Shown here: piece by piece, positions 47,854-57,670 of the stretch
How positions within the stretch are numbered: the first letter of the stretch is position 1
How the letters are laid out: every line of letters begins with the position of its first letter
Source: Patescibacteria group bacterium
Lineage (GTDB): Bacteria; Patescibacteriota; Minisyncoccia; Phycocordibacterales; Phycocordibacteraceae
DNA: 64,000 nt
Direction of reading: 5' to 3'
NCBI GenBank assembly: GCA_018826905.1
Contig: JAHJYC010000002.1
Location: 14,786-78,785, forward strand
Position numbers and translations under genes: made by a program
The notes under the pieces: generated by a model
What the model saw: the letters and a program-made list of their open reading frames with translations, nothing else
Told to the model about the DNA's origin: nothing
The model's database searches: none

Positions 47854-48457
47854 ATGTTTCCTTCCTGTTTCTTAGTGCTGCTGAAAGGGTAGGAGAGTCT
47901 GCGTATTCAAGTTCAGAGCCTGTAGACAGCCCTCTTCCAAGTTCCGTGAGTGTCATGGGACCGCGTAGTGGGGTGAGTATCTCACGTACGCGATCTGCAG
48001 TATGTTCGCCTTCAGAGGTTGCTGAAAGCGCGAGGACAATCTCAGAGAGCCCTGCTGCTGCTCTACGCTCAACAACGCGTACAAGATCTCGCTCGCGAAT
48101 AGCTCCCTTGCCTGAAAGGGTAAGAACACCCCCAAGCACAAAGTATCTGCCCTTGTATGCTCCAGCTCGCTCAACAGCTGCAAGGTCTTGGTCCTTCTCA
48201 ACAATCATAAGAAGACTGTTGTCTCTTGAGGTATCTGCACAATACAGACACAGGGTTTCGCTATTGGTCTGTGCAAAGCGCATGCAAAGTGTGCACTGCC
48301 TAATATCGTTAGAGAGGTTAAGTACAAGATCAGCAAGGCGTGCCCGCTCTTGAGGAGCAGCAGACAAAAGATGATATACAAAGCGCTTCGCCTGGCGGGG
48401 TCCTATGCCAGGGAACTTCGTGAACGCAGCAGAAAGTTCTTCAATACGGTCTCGCAT
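47852..48457 (-). CDS. recR: Recombination mediator RecR
   Basis: PGIGPRQA, C4 zinc finger, Toprim domain and ELEYAD motif. Confidence 0.95.
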   Translation of the reverse strand: MRDRIEELSAAFTKFPGIGPRQAKRFVYHLLSAAPQERARLADLVLNLSNDIRQCTLCMRFAQTNSETLCLYCADTSRDNSLLMIVEKDQDLAAVERAGAYKGRYFVLGGVLTLSGKGAIRERDLVRVVERRAAAGLSEIVLALSATSEGEHTADRVREILTPLRGPMTLTELGRGLSTGSELEYADSPTLSAALRNRKET

Positions 48458-48458
48458 A

Positions 48459-49823
48459 CTAGAACTCAGAGGCTAGATCCCCATATCCTGATTTATCCAT
48501 CGGCATGAAGCTGGTGCGCTTCTCATCAAAGTACAGTTCAATTTTTCCTGTAGGGCCGTTACGATGCTTCTCTACAAGAATCTCTGCGATATTTGGACGA
48601 TCACTGTCTTTATTCTGTTTGTCCTCACGATGGATAAACATAACAACGTCCGCATCCTGCTCAATAGATCCTGAGTCACGAAGATCAGAAAGCCTTGGCT
48701 TTCCTCCACGTTGCTCAACGGCACGAGAAAGCTGTGAAAGGGCTATCACGGGTACTTCAAGCTCGCGAGCAAGAGACTTAAGGGAGCGAGAGATCTCTGT
48801 AACCTGCTGCACCATAGAATCTGACGCCTTGGTGTTTGTGGGTGCCATAAGCTGGAGGTAATCAACGACAATGAGTCCAATACCACGCTCTCGCTTTAAT
48901 CTGCGAGCAACAGCACGCATGGAAAGAATATTCTGGGCAGGCTTGTCATCAATATAAATAGGGGCCTTGGACAAACTTTCCAACGCATCTCTAATCTTTC
49001 CAAAGTCTTCCTCTGCGTGGATAGCCCCTGTGCGCATCTTCCATGAGTTAACAAAGGACTCTGCAGAAAGCATACGGTCTACAAGCTGTTCCGAGCTCAT
49101 TTCAAGAGAGAAGATACCAACCGGAACGTCGTGCCTCACTGCTGCATTGCGAGCGATATCAAGTGCAAGCGAGGTCTTTCCCATGGAAGGACGAGCTGCA
49201 AGGATAATGAGGTCTGATTTATGGAGTCCCGAAAGAAGCCCATCCAAATCAGGAAAACCGGTTGAGACACCACGAATGGCATCTTTGTTCTTGGAAAGCT
49301 GTTCAATACGCTCCCAGGCATCGTCTACTTTGTCTGCAATTGCAACGAACTTGTGTACGGCAGAGGCATTTCCAATAGCGTAAATAGATTTCTCCGCCTG
49401 ATCTAAAAGAACAGCAGTATCAGTTGATTCGTCATACGCAGCTTCTGTTATGTCGTGCGCTGCATCAATCAAAGAACGCATGAGATGCTTTCGTACGACA
49501 AGATCGGCGTAATGGTTGTAGTTGCCAGGGGTAGGGGCGCTTCCTGCAAGTTCTGCAAGATAGGCACGTCCTCCTGTTCGCTCAAGTTTGCCTTTGGATT
49601 GAAGGTGCTCTCCAAGCGAAAGAATATCAATAGGTTCTCCGCGCTCGGCAAGCTCACGCATGCTTTCAAAGATGAGGCGATGCTTCTCTGCATAGAAGGA
49701 ATCGGGACGGACAAGGTCCGCGATATCATGCAGGGCATCAGGCTTAAGGAGAAGTGCTCCTAAAAGCGCACGCTCTGAATCAAGACTCTGGGGAGGGATG
49801 CGCGTCACGCTTGAGGAAGCCAT
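48459..49823 (-). CDS. dnaB: Replicative DNA helicase
   Basis: ARPSMGKT, DYLQL and LRDSGSIEQDAD motifs. Confidence 0.97.
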   Translation of the reverse strand: MASSSVTRIPPQSLDSERALLGALLLKPDALHDIADLVRPDSFYAEKHRLIFESMRELAERGEPIDILSLGEHLQSKGKLERTGGRAYLAELAGSAPTPGNYNHYADLVVRKHLMRSLIDAAHDITEAAYDESTDTAVLLDQAEKSIYAIGNASAVHKFVAIADKVDDAWERIEQLSKNKDAIRGVSTGFPDLDGLLSGLHKSDLIILAARPSMGKTSLALDIARNAAVRHDVPVGIFSLEMSSEQLVDRMLSAESFVNSWKMRTGAIHAEEDFGKIRDALESLSKAPIYIDDKPAQNILSMRAVARRLKRERGIGLIVVDYLQLMAPTNTKASDSMVQQVTEISRSLKSLARELEVPVIALSQLSRAVEQRGGKPRLSDLRDSGSIEQDADVVMFIHREDKQNKDSDRPNIAEILVEKHRNGPTGKIELYFDEKRTSFMPMDKSGYGDLASEF

Positions 49824-49836
49824 TCCCTCTATTCTA

Positions 49837-51300
49837 TCAACCAGGACGGGTGGTGACTATGGGGCCAGAAGGGCCGTCTTCAACATGATATCCACTGTTT
49901 GCTATGTGGATACGTAATGCGTCTGCAGTAGCAAAATCACGATTCCGTCTTGCTTCTTCGCGCTTTTCTATCAATCTTTGTATTTGTTCAGGAACTTCAA
50001 TCTGTACTCTAGGTGTGAGCAAGGATAATCCGAGTACTGCATCAGCCGCCTGTATAACACCCAACTGTTCGGCACGCTCCATATCCTCGTCTCGTACTGC
50101 TTCCCAAAGGAGTCCAAGTGCGGCAGGTGTTGCGAGGTCGTCTCGCAAAAGCGCAATGATACGTCTGCTGGTGTCTGTAGGAACAGCCTTGTACTTCGCC
50201 TCCTCAGCAATACGACGAGAGAGACGAGTGAGTCGCTCAAGTGCTTCGTTCGCAGCAGCAAGTGCCTCCCACGAGAACGAAAGGGGAGTCCGGTAGTGCG
50301 CTTGCAGGAAGAAGTAGCGAAGGGCAAGCGGAAGGTATCCTCGTTCGCTTATGTCAGAAACGTACACATCGTTGCCTAGGGACTTTGAAATCTTCTCTCC
50401 TTGAAGTGTGAGGAAGGCTTCGTGTATCCAAAAGCGCGCAAGAGGCTTTCCAAACGCACACTCAGACTGCGCAATCTCATTCGTATGGTGTACAGGAATG
50501 TGATCCATGCCCCCCGTATGAATATCAATGGGTTGTCCAAGCAGCGCTCTCGCCATTGCAGAGCATTCAATATGCCACCCAGGGAACCCAATACCCCAAG
50601 GAGAGCTCCACTCTTGTTGCCTACGTGCACCAAGTGGAGAGAACTTCCACAATGCAAAGTCTGCAGGATGGTGCTTGTCCTTGTTTGTTTTGATTCTTCT
50701 TCCAATCTCCGCAAATGCTTCCTCCTTTAGCTTTGGTCCGCCATGGTCTAGGACTCCATAGTTCGGATACTTCTGTGTATCAAAATAAATACCGTCACTT
50801 GTTTTGTAGGTGAACCCTTTCTCCTCAAGAAGTTTAATTATAGAAATCTGCTCTTTTATATATTCAGTAGCACGCGGGAATTGAATACTCTTCACATCAA
50901 TATTGAGTTTTGTCAGGTCATCAATAAAGAGCTTTGTGTACTTTGAGGCAATAGCATCTGCATGAAGTCCTTCCTTTTTCGCCCCTGCTTCCATTTTGTC
51001 TTCGCCCTCATCTCCGTCTCCCTGAAGGTGTCCAACATCAGTTATATTTATGACCCTGCGTACACGGTACCCATTCTCAGTAAGGACACGTGCTATGAGG
51101 TCTGAAAATACATATGCGCGCAAGTTTCCAATCTGCGCCTTGCTATAGACGGTTGGTCCACAGGAATACATCGTTGCTTGTCCTGCAGTAATAGGAGAAA
51201 AAAGCTCCTTCTTTCCAGAGAGCGTGTTGGTGAAGAAAAGAGGTGCATCACTCGTGAGTGGTTGTGGAGCGCGAGTAAAGAGACGAGAAAACCAAGACAT
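49837..51300 (-). CDS. cysS: Cysteine--tRNA ligase
   Basis: CGPTVY, GWHIEC and KISKS motifs. Confidence 0.96.
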   Translation of the reverse strand: MSWFSRLFTRAPQPLTSDAPLFFTNTLSGKKELFSPITAGQATMYSCGPTVYSKAQIGNLRAYVFSDLIARVLTENGYRVRRVINITDVGHLQGDGDEGEDKMEAGAKKEGLHADAIASKYTKLFIDDLTKLNIDVKSIQFPRATEYIKEQISIIKLLEEKGFTYKTSDGIYFDTQKYPNYGVLDHGGPKLKEEAFAEIGRRIKTNKDKHHPADFALWKFSPLGARRQQEWSSPWGIGFPGWHIECSAMARALLGQPIDIHTGGMDHIPVHHTNEIAQSECAFGKPLARFWIHEAFLTLQGEKISKSLGNDVYVSDISERGYLPLALRYFFLQAHYRTPLSFSWEALAAANEALERLTRLSRRIAEEAKYKAVPTDTSRRIIALLRDDLATPAALGLLWEAVRDEDMERAEQLGVIQAADAVLGLSLLTPRVQIEVPEQIQRLIEKREEARRNRDFATADALRIHIANSGYHVEDGPSGPIVTTRPG

Positions 51301-51318
51301 ACGTCTATACTATCGCAC

Positions 51319-52233
51319 TTATACCCAGCGGTTAAAGCGAGCAATTAAGAAGAGGAAGAAGGAAGAACCGAGCATAATAGCAACTACCCAAAGGAAATCA
51401 TTCTGAGCTCCTACAATAGGAAGGTCAGTACGCATCGCAAAGATAACGGCAAGGAGTGGCGGTGGGTAACTCACAAAAGTAAACACCATAAGTCTTCGTA
51501 TGATGCGGTCCTGAGAGGAAGTCAAAAGAGAATCGTTCGTAATGCGTAGTTCGGTTGCAGTAGAGCGGTACGCACTCACCATAGCTGCCGCATGATCTCT
51601 TCCTCCTTCAATGTGCGCAGCGTATTCATCAAACTTTGTTCCAAAGAATGCAGGGGACCCGAGGAAGGTGAGAAAGTCTGAAAGCGGTGCACTGTGTCGT
51701 GCTAGTGCTGTTTCAAATCTAAGAAGTACTCGTGCAGTGTCTGAAATGGTGCGCACTGCTTCTCTTTCTTTCCCTGAGAAGATATCTCGCTCAATACGGT
51801 CAAGACGATAGCCGACTTGCTCAATCTCGCTACTGATACCCACATACATACGATCCATGATGCGAGAGAGGAGCTCCTCAATCTTAAATGGTTTTTGTTT
51901 TGTTGAGAGCAATTCTTCAGCCTCAAGTACTTTGTGCAGGGTGTGTATCTGGTCAATAACTTCGTAGCGGGCAGTGATTACGAAGTTTTTTCCAACAATG
52001 AAATCCACTTCCTGCACTTTGGCGCCTGCAACAGCGTCAGCAGTAGGGAAGTGAAGAACGAGGTAACAGTAGCCAGGGAATGCAACAGTAAAGGGATAAG
52101 GGGTAGGAGTGAGAATTTCTTCTCGTACACGCTCATCAATCTGAAACTCACTCATTACTGAGAGGAGCTCCTCCTCAGTAGGGTATTCCAGATCTATCCA
52201 CGTGGTTTTCCCGCGGGTGTGTCGCGTTATCAT
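51319..52233 (-). CDS. CorA-family divalent cation transporter
   Basis: TWIDL..PT.EE start; long helical domain; two C-terminal TMs. Confidence 0.82.
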   Translation of the reverse strand: MITRHTRGKTTWIDLEYPTEEELLSVMSEFQIDERVREEILTPTPYPFTVAFPGYCYLVLHFPTADAVAGAKVQEVDFIVGKNFVITARYEVIDQIHTLHKVLEAEELLSTKQKPFKIEELLSRIMDRMYVGISSEIEQVGYRLDRIERDIFSGKEREAVRTISDTARVLLRFETALARHSAPLSDFLTFLGSPAFFGTKFDEYAAHIEGGRDHAAAMVSAYRSTATELRITNDSLLTSSQDRIIRRLMVFTFVSYPPPLLAVIFAMRTDLPIVGAQNDFLWVVAIMLGSSFFLFLIARFNRWV

Positions 52234-52309
52234 CTTGTCTTTAGTATACCCGGCCATCCACAGTGTTTACGCGATACATGGGCATAAGAGTGCGTGCTAC
52301 ACTACATCC

Positions 52310-53575
52310 ATGACACTGGAACAAGAAGAAAAAGATACCCAACCAAAGCCACTAGGGAGGTTTGCAAAGCTAGGAATTGCATTTGCGCTTGTGCTTGCAA
52401 TTGGTTTTGCGGGAGGCGTTTCAGTTGGTGCTGCAGGAGGGAATACTATCTTTTCAAATCTCCCGCTTCTAGGAGACGGACTTGATGCAACTCCAGACGA
52501 GTCTGTTAACTTAGACCCTTTCTGGAAAGCATGGAATGCACTTAATGGACGATTCGTTGAGACACATGCCTCTTCAACAAGTCCAACAGCAAAGGAGAAG
52601 CTTTGGGGTGCTATTCAAGGACTCACTGCCTCCTATGGCGACCCTTATACTGTTTTCCTCCCGCCGGCAGAAGCTAAGGTATTTCAGGATGACATAAAGG
52701 GAAACTTTGAAGGCGTGGGAATGGAGATTGGAATAAAGGAAGGATTGCTTACTGTTATAGCCCCACTAAAGGGCACACCAGCTGAACGTGCAGGCATCCG
52801 TTCGGGTGACGGTATTCTTGCAATTGACGGAGCCTCAACTGAAGGACTCTCAACAGACGAGGCAGTTAAGAAAATTCGTGGAGAGAAGGGAACAACCGTT
52901 ATTTTCACTATGCTTCGTGATGGAGAAGCAGTTGAAATAGCTGTAGTGCGCGACACCATTGCTGTACCAACCATAGAGAATACATATGACCAGGAGACAG
53001 GAATCTATACGATTGCTCTCTACAGCTTTACGGCGAATTCCTCTCAGCTGTTTTCTAAAGCACTTGCTGAGTTTAAGACAACAGGATCAAAGAATCTGAT
53101 AATTGACCTTCGTGGAAACCCAGGAGGATACCTTGAAGCAGCTGTGTCTATGGCAGGCAATTTCCTTCCACGAGGAGCAGTTGTTGTAACGGAGGACTAT
53201 AAAGGAAAGCAAGAGAATGTTGTCCATAGGAGTAACGGAAAGGGAGGTGTTCCAGAGGGCACAAAGATAGTTGTCCTAATGGACCAAGGTTCAGCGTCTG
53301 CCTCAGAGATCCTTGCGGGGGCGCTCCAGGACGCAGGTGTAGCTACACTCATAGGAACTCGTTCCTTTGGAAAAGGTTCAGTCCAGGAACTCGTTGATAT
53401 CAACGGGGGAGCACTAAAAGTCACTGTAGCTCGCTGGGTAACTCCTTCGGGTCGCTCTATCTCTGAGGGAGGACTTACTCCAGACATTAAAGTGGAGGTA
53501 GTGAAAGAGGATATTGCTGCTAAGAAGGATCCTCAGAAAGCGAGAGCGGTTGAGTTTCTTAGAACAGGGAAGTAA
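52310..53575 (+). CDS. ctpA: S41 carboxy-terminal processing protease
   Basis: PDZ domain; DLRGNPGG, SASASEI and SFGKGSVQ motifs. Confidence 0.94.
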   Translation: MTLEQEEKDTQPKPLGRFAKLGIAFALVLAIGFAGGVSVGAAGGNTIFSNLPLLGDGLDATPDESVNLDPFWKAWNALNGRFVETHASSTSPTAKEKLWGAIQGLTASYGDPYTVFLPPAEAKVFQDDIKGNFEGVGMEIGIKEGLLTVIAPLKGTPAERAGIRSGDGILAIDGASTEGLSTDEAVKKIRGEKGTTVIFTMLRDGEAVEIAVVRDTIAVPTIENTYDQETGIYTIALYSFTANSSQLFSKALAEFKTTGSKNLIIDLRGNPGGYLEAAVSMAGNFLPRGAVVVTEDYKGKQENVVHRSNGKGGVPEGTKIVVLMDQGSASASEILAGALQDAGVATLIGTRSFGKGSVQELVDINGGALKVTVARWVTPSGRSISEGGLTPDIKVEVVKEDIAAKKDPQKARAVEFLRTGK

Positions 53576-53583
53576 ATAAAACT

Positions 53584-53712
53584 TGGACGGACAGCTCCTT
53601 GCATGGTATAATGCGGGGAGCTGTTCTTCTTAATCGTTCGTCACAGCAGAAAGAAGCTCCCGGCTCTTTTCTGCTGTGACGAACTCAATCGTCTGCAGTG
53701 TATTGAGGAGGA
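53584..53712 (+). promoter_or_regulatory. Promoter inside an inverted repeat plus a 17-bp perfect 5'UTR hairpin
   Basis: TGGACG-17-TATAAT; gttcgtcacagcagaaa / tttctgctgtgacgaac; GAGGAGG SD. Confidence 0.6.
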
Positions 53713-53717
53713 ATATC

Positions 53718-54245
53718 ATGACTCATCTGGCATTGGTGGAGAAGAAGCGCCAAACACAACGGGCGTTTCTGAAACACCCGGGCTTTTCCGAAGGGGATGG
53801 TCCGCACGCCTTGATCGGCGCACCCGTGCGGATTTCCCCGGCGGTGGTGCACTGGCTCAAGTCGGCGCAGAAATCACTGCTCCAGCCGGACCCCCTGACG
53901 GTGACGGCGATCATGCCGTGCGCCTCGGTTCCCCAGCAGCAGTGCCTGACCGGTGACGATCTGCTGAGTCGCGTGAAAGCGCTCTGCAGCTCGCCTGGTA
54001 CGGCCGGCGACCCGGATCTGTTCGTGCGGCTGCTGCTGCACGACATGCAACAGCCCGAGGTCATCCTGCAGGACAACGGCCAGCCGAACCTGCTTCTGGT
54101 CAGTGACGAGCAGGCCATCGACCTCTGCTACATCGGCCACTCCCGGGGCACCAAGCCCTACTGGGACGTGGACATGGTCAGGCTGAATGGCCGCGACGGC
54201 AAGTGGGCCGAGGCCCGCGTGATCGTCATCGAGCGGCGACATTAG
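53718..54245 (+). CDS. GC-rich orphan protein (cassette H)
   Basis: Strong SD; 42 of 60 bases G+C at 54001-54060; terminator hairpin at ~54266-54299. Confidence 0.7.
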   Translation: MTHLALVEKKRQTQRAFLKHPGFSEGDGPHALIGAPVRISPAVVHWLKSAQKSLLQPDPLTVTAIMPCASVPQQQCLTGDDLLSRVKALCSSPGTAGDPDLFVRLLLHDMQQPEVILQDNGQPNLLLVSDEQAIDLCYIGHSRGTKPYWDVDMVRLNGRDGKWAEARVIVIERRH

Positions 54246-54339
54246 GGACTACGTCGTCCCTGCCAGCACCCCTCTCTTCTTCGGAAGGGCGGGGTGTTTA
54301 ATTTGCGCTGAATCTGCTTTCTCTGTAGGATAGCTCTAT

Positions 54340-54765
54340 ATGAAAGTCGTACTACTTAAAGACGTGAAGAACACTGGGCGCGCAGGAAGCATTATTGAGT
54401 GTGCGAGTGGTCATGCCCTTAATTTCCTTATTCCTCGTGGCATGGCAGCTCCAGCAACCCCCGCTAATGTAAAGCAGGCTGAGCTTCGTGGGCAGCAGTC
54501 AAAGGACCGTAAGGAGCTAGACGCAAAGCTTGTTGCAGACCGTATTGCAGCACTTGCTGAAGAGCGCATTGTTATCAAAAAGAAGGCAAACGAGAAAGGA
54601 CATTTGTACGACGCTGTTGATGCTGCTGAGATTGCTGAGGCAACAGACCTACCTGTTGAGGCAATCAAGCTCGAGAAGCCTGTTAAAGAGCTCGGCACTA
54701 TTGAAGTACCAGTTGCTATTAACGAAGTATTTGGAAAGATCTCAGTTATTGTTGAAGCTGAATAA
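54340..54765 (+). CDS. rplI: 50S ribosomal protein L9
   Basis: MKVVLLKDV...GHALNFLIP motif. Confidence 0.95.
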   Translation: MKVVLLKDVKNTGRAGSIIECASGHALNFLIPRGMAAPATPANVKQAELRGQQSKDRKELDAKLVADRIAALAEERIVIKKKANEKGHLYDAVDAAEIAEATDLPVEAIKLEKPVKELGTIEVPVAINEVFGKISVIVEAE

Positions 54766-54779
54766 GAGGAAGTTCAAAA

Positions 54780-54814
54780 AGAAAAGACCCGCACAAAGCG
54801 GGTCTTTTCTTTTT
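54780..54814. terminator. Bidirectional terminator
   Basis: aaaagacccgc-acaaa-gcgggtctttt. Confidence 0.85.
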
Positions 54815-54828
54815 AGTAGGAGAGTTGC

Positions 54829-55107
54829 TTATGCAGCAACAACGTCAACAACTTTCTTGCTGACAACACGACCATCAAAGTTGGTCTTGCGTCGGTTACG
54901 GAAAGATACGATTCCCGTAACTACAGAGTAAAGGGTGTGGTCATGACCAACCTTTACGCCCTTTCCGGCCTCAATCTTCGTACCGCGTTGGCGAACGATA
55001 ACCATGCCTGGGCGTGCAGCCTGACCATCAGCAACCTTAACTCCGAGATACTTCGGTCCTGAATCGCGCCCGTTTTTTGTTGAACCCCCGGCTTTTGTAT
55101 GTGCCAT
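54829..55107 (-). CDS. rpmA: 50S ribosomal protein L27
   Basis: [16 protein letters not shown] motif. Confidence 0.97.
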   Translation of the reverse strand: MAHTKAGGSTKNGRDSGPKYLGVKVADGQAARPGMVIVRQRGTKIEAGKGVKVGHDHTLYSVVTGIVSFRNRRKTNFDGRVVSKKVVDVVAA

Positions 55108-55170
55108 ACACGTAGTAAATCAGGGGAGGGGATTAGATCCCTTCACGCCTGTTGAAGACTATATACTGAT

Positions 55171-55575
55171 ATGTATATGACTATACCAGGCCTTATACAG
55201 AGGAGCAAGGCCCTTTTAAGTCGTATTCCTACAGATGTATTGTTGGTTCTGGTACTCCTTGGGGCTGTTTCAGCTGCCTTTGGACTTGGATTTCAGGCAG
55301 GGAAGGATCAAATCTCTGAGGAGGGTAAATCAGACATGTCTATTGAGCAATTTCTTGTTCCTGAGGTTCCTTCTGGAGGAGGTCCTGCCGCTGCTGCAGC
55401 AGCCCCAAAAGCAACTACAGGTACTTATATGGCCTCTAAGAATGGTACTAAGTACTATCTGCCAACCTGCAGTTCTTCAAACAGGATAAAGCCAGAGAAT
55501 AGGGTGTGGTTTAAGACAAAGGCTGAAGCTGAGGCAGCCGGGTATGGGCCTGCTGCAAATTGTCCGGGTCTCTAG
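55171..55575 (+). CDS. Membrane protein with Ada-like metal-binding C-terminal domain
   Basis: ASKNGTKYYLPTC...WF.T..EAEAAGY motif. Confidence 0.75.
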   Translation: MYMTIPGLIQRSKALLSRIPTDVLLVLVLLGAVSAAFGLGFQAGKDQISEEGKSDMSIEQFLVPEVPSGGGPAAAAAAPKATTGTYMASKNGTKYYLPTCSSSNRIKPENRVWFKTKAEAEAAGYGPAANCPGL

Positions 55576-55589
55576 GGTACAATGCACGC

Positions 55590-56189
55590 ATGATTGTTCT
55601 AGACGTTGAATCAACCGGTCTTGTTCCAGAATCGCACTCCATTCTCTCTATTGGAGCGTTGGATCTGGGCGACCCAACCAACCAGTTTTATGAGGAATGC
55701 CGTATTTGGGAGGGGGCAGCTGTTGACGAGGATGCGCTTCGTATAAATGGCTTCACAGAAGAGGAGATAACCTCACCGAGCAGACAGACAGAGGAAGGAC
55801 TTATACGAGCATTTGTTGCGTGGGCAACAGATCGCCCCAAAGATAGAACACTCGCAGCACAGAACCCATCTTTTGATCTAGAATTTGTTCAAGCAGCATG
55901 CAAGCGTGCAGGTATTGAGTGTCCGTTTGCAAAGCGCACCATTGATGTCCATACGCTCGTATGGATGCATATGACAGAAAGGGGGGTGGAGCCACCACAA
56001 AAGCATGCACATTCTGCAATTAATTTGGACTTCGCACTTCAGTATTGCGGTATTCCTGAAGAACCAAAACCACATAACGCACTCACCGGAGCGTTTTGTC
56101 ACGCAGAGGTTATCTCACGCATAGCGTATAATAAAAAGACATTGCCCGATTTTAATGTTTACGATATTCCATGGGAGACGAACCAATAA
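55590..56189 (+). CDS. DEDDh 3'-5' exonuclease
   Basis: LDVESTG, QNPSFD and HNAL motifs. Confidence 0.85.
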   Translation: MIVLDVESTGLVPESHSILSIGALDLGDPTNQFYEECRIWEGAAVDEDALRINGFTEEEITSPSRQTEEGLIRAFVAWATDRPKDRTLAAQNPSFDLEFVQAACKRAGIECPFAKRTIDVHTLVWMHMTERGVEPPQKHAHSAINLDFALQYCGIPEEPKPHNALTGAFCHAEVISRIAYNKKTLPDFNVYDIPWETNQ

Positions 56190-56959
56190 TTTCAACACCA
56201 ACAGAAGACCTCACTATTCCTGATCCAGCAGACACACCAGAACGTCATCGTGAGATGGGATCAGTACTTGCAAGAGCTATTGAAGAGGGGAGACATGATG
56301 TGCCACAAAACCCTGCACCGCTTGTCTGTAAACCAAAGAAACTTGAGAGCTGGAGGGTGTTTAAGATCATGGCTGAGTTTGTAGACGGCTTTGATCTCCT
56401 TAAAGATTACGGACTTACTGCAACTTTCTTCGGAAGTGTTCGCACGCAACCTGGAGATCCTTATTACGAAGCGGCTGTTGACCTTGGGGCGAGACTCGCA
56501 AAATCAGGATTCGCTATTGTTACAGGCGGTTCTGCAGGGATTATGGAGGCAGGGAACAAAGGCGCGTACGATGCAGGAGGCTCTTCCGTTGGTCTTAATA
56601 TCAGACTCTCGGATGATCAGTCTCTTAACAAGTACATAAATAACTCGTTCACTTTTGATCACTTCTTTGTGCGCAAGGTGATGCTGGCATTTGCGTCTCA
56701 GGTGTATGTGTACTTCCCGGGAGGATACGGAACGCTAGATGAGTTCACTGAGATTCTTACACTCGTTCAGACAAAAAAGATTAAGGAAGTTCCTATTCTT
56801 TTGTATGGAAAGGACTATTGGGATCCAATCGTTGATCTCTTCAAGAATCATCTTTATGCAAAGTTCCATAACATTGATGAGGCAGACCTAAATCTTTTCC
56901 ATGTTGTTGATTCTGTGGAGGAAGCGCATGAATACATCACGAAGAATGTAACCTGCTAG
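56171..56959 (+). CDS. LOG-family (TIGR00730) Rossmann-fold protein
   Basis: TGG..GIMEAGNKGA and PGGYGTLDE motifs. Confidence 0.92.
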   Translation: MGDEPIISTPTEDLTIPDPADTPERHREMGSVLARAIEEGRHDVPQNPAPLVCKPKKLESWRVFKIMAEFVDGFDLLKDYGLTATFFGSVRTQPGDPYYEAAVDLGARLAKSGFAIVTGGSAGIMEAGNKGAYDAGGSSVGLNIRLSDDQSLNKYINNSFTFDHFFVRKVMLAFASQVYVYFPGGYGTLDEFTEILTLVQTKKIKEVPILLYGKDYWDPIVDLFKNHLYAKFHNIDEADLNLFHVVDSVEEAHEYITKNVTC

Positions 56960-56961
56960 TT

Positions 56962-57102
56962 ATGGATTACAGCCAGAAGCGACTTCTCGGAGGTGCACTT
57001 CACAACAAGAAGAACAAGAGATTGCAAAAGTATGCGTTCCTTACTGGAGTTATGAGTATGCTTATTTCTCTTGTGCACCTTATCGTTACTGCTATTAAAT
57101 AG
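56962..57102 (+). CDS. 46-aa basic protein with C-terminal hydrophobic tail
   Basis: Hand translation MDYSQKRLLGGALHNKKNKRLQKYAFLTGVMSMLISLVHLIVTAIK; starts 2 nt after the LOG stop. Confidence 0.5.
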   Translation: MDYSQKRLLGGALHNKKNKRLQKYAFLTGVMSMLISLVHLIVTAIK

Positions 57103-57286
57103 CTGTGATATTCTTTTTGGTATATGGCACGCGCCCACAAGAAAAGAAAAGCAAAAGACCAGCCAGGTCTTGAGGTCTATGCATTTTGGACTGGGTTTGC
57201 GAGTACGATGATTAGTCTCGTTCAGGTTTTGATTCTGGCAAGCAAATAGGGAAGGGAAAAGTAAAGACCGTCGCGAGAGCGACGGT

Positions 57287-57520
57287 CTAATGGTATTTTT
57301 CCCTCCGGTGTTCAATCACCTTTGGAACAAGCCAGTCCATGTACAGACCCCCGCCAATTAGAAAGGGGGCGAGTGCAAGGTACAGAACTTCCGCACTGCA
57401 ATGTGCCTCCCCGTGTTCATAGATGTACGCGAGGTTAAAGAGGCCGAGAAATCCAAACAGGATAAAAGAAGCAGAGGCAGCAATGAGCAAGATCTCACAC
57501 AGTATAAGAAACTTCTTCAT
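57287..57520 (-). CDS. Small two-TM orphan protein (cassette I)
   Basis: GGAGGAGG SD; TTGAGA-17-CATCCT promoter; hairpin agaccgtcgc-gaga-gcgacggtct at the stop. Confidence 0.65.
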   Translation of the reverse strand: MKKFLILCEILLIAASASFILFGFLGLFNLAYIYEHGEAHCSAEVLYLALAPFLIGGGLYMDWLVPKVIEHRREKYH

Positions 57521-57670
57521 GACAAAGACCTCCTCCCTCTACGTGGCGCAGGGTGCCGTGTCGGGTATGTCCTTAGGATGTCAGAGATATGAGATTATCT
57601 CAAGCTCACAAAAATAAAAGAAAGCCGCGCTTAAACGAGGAATTATTAAGCGCGACAGGGTAGGGCATTT

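Noticed and set aside
47487-55107. rplU and rpmA are not adjacent
   Set aside because: The separation is real, but operon fragmentation is general in this window and uninformative alone.
56956-57315. 119-aa minus-strand ORF
   Set aside because: It crosses two terminator hairpins; the 46-aa + strand ORF fits the operon better.
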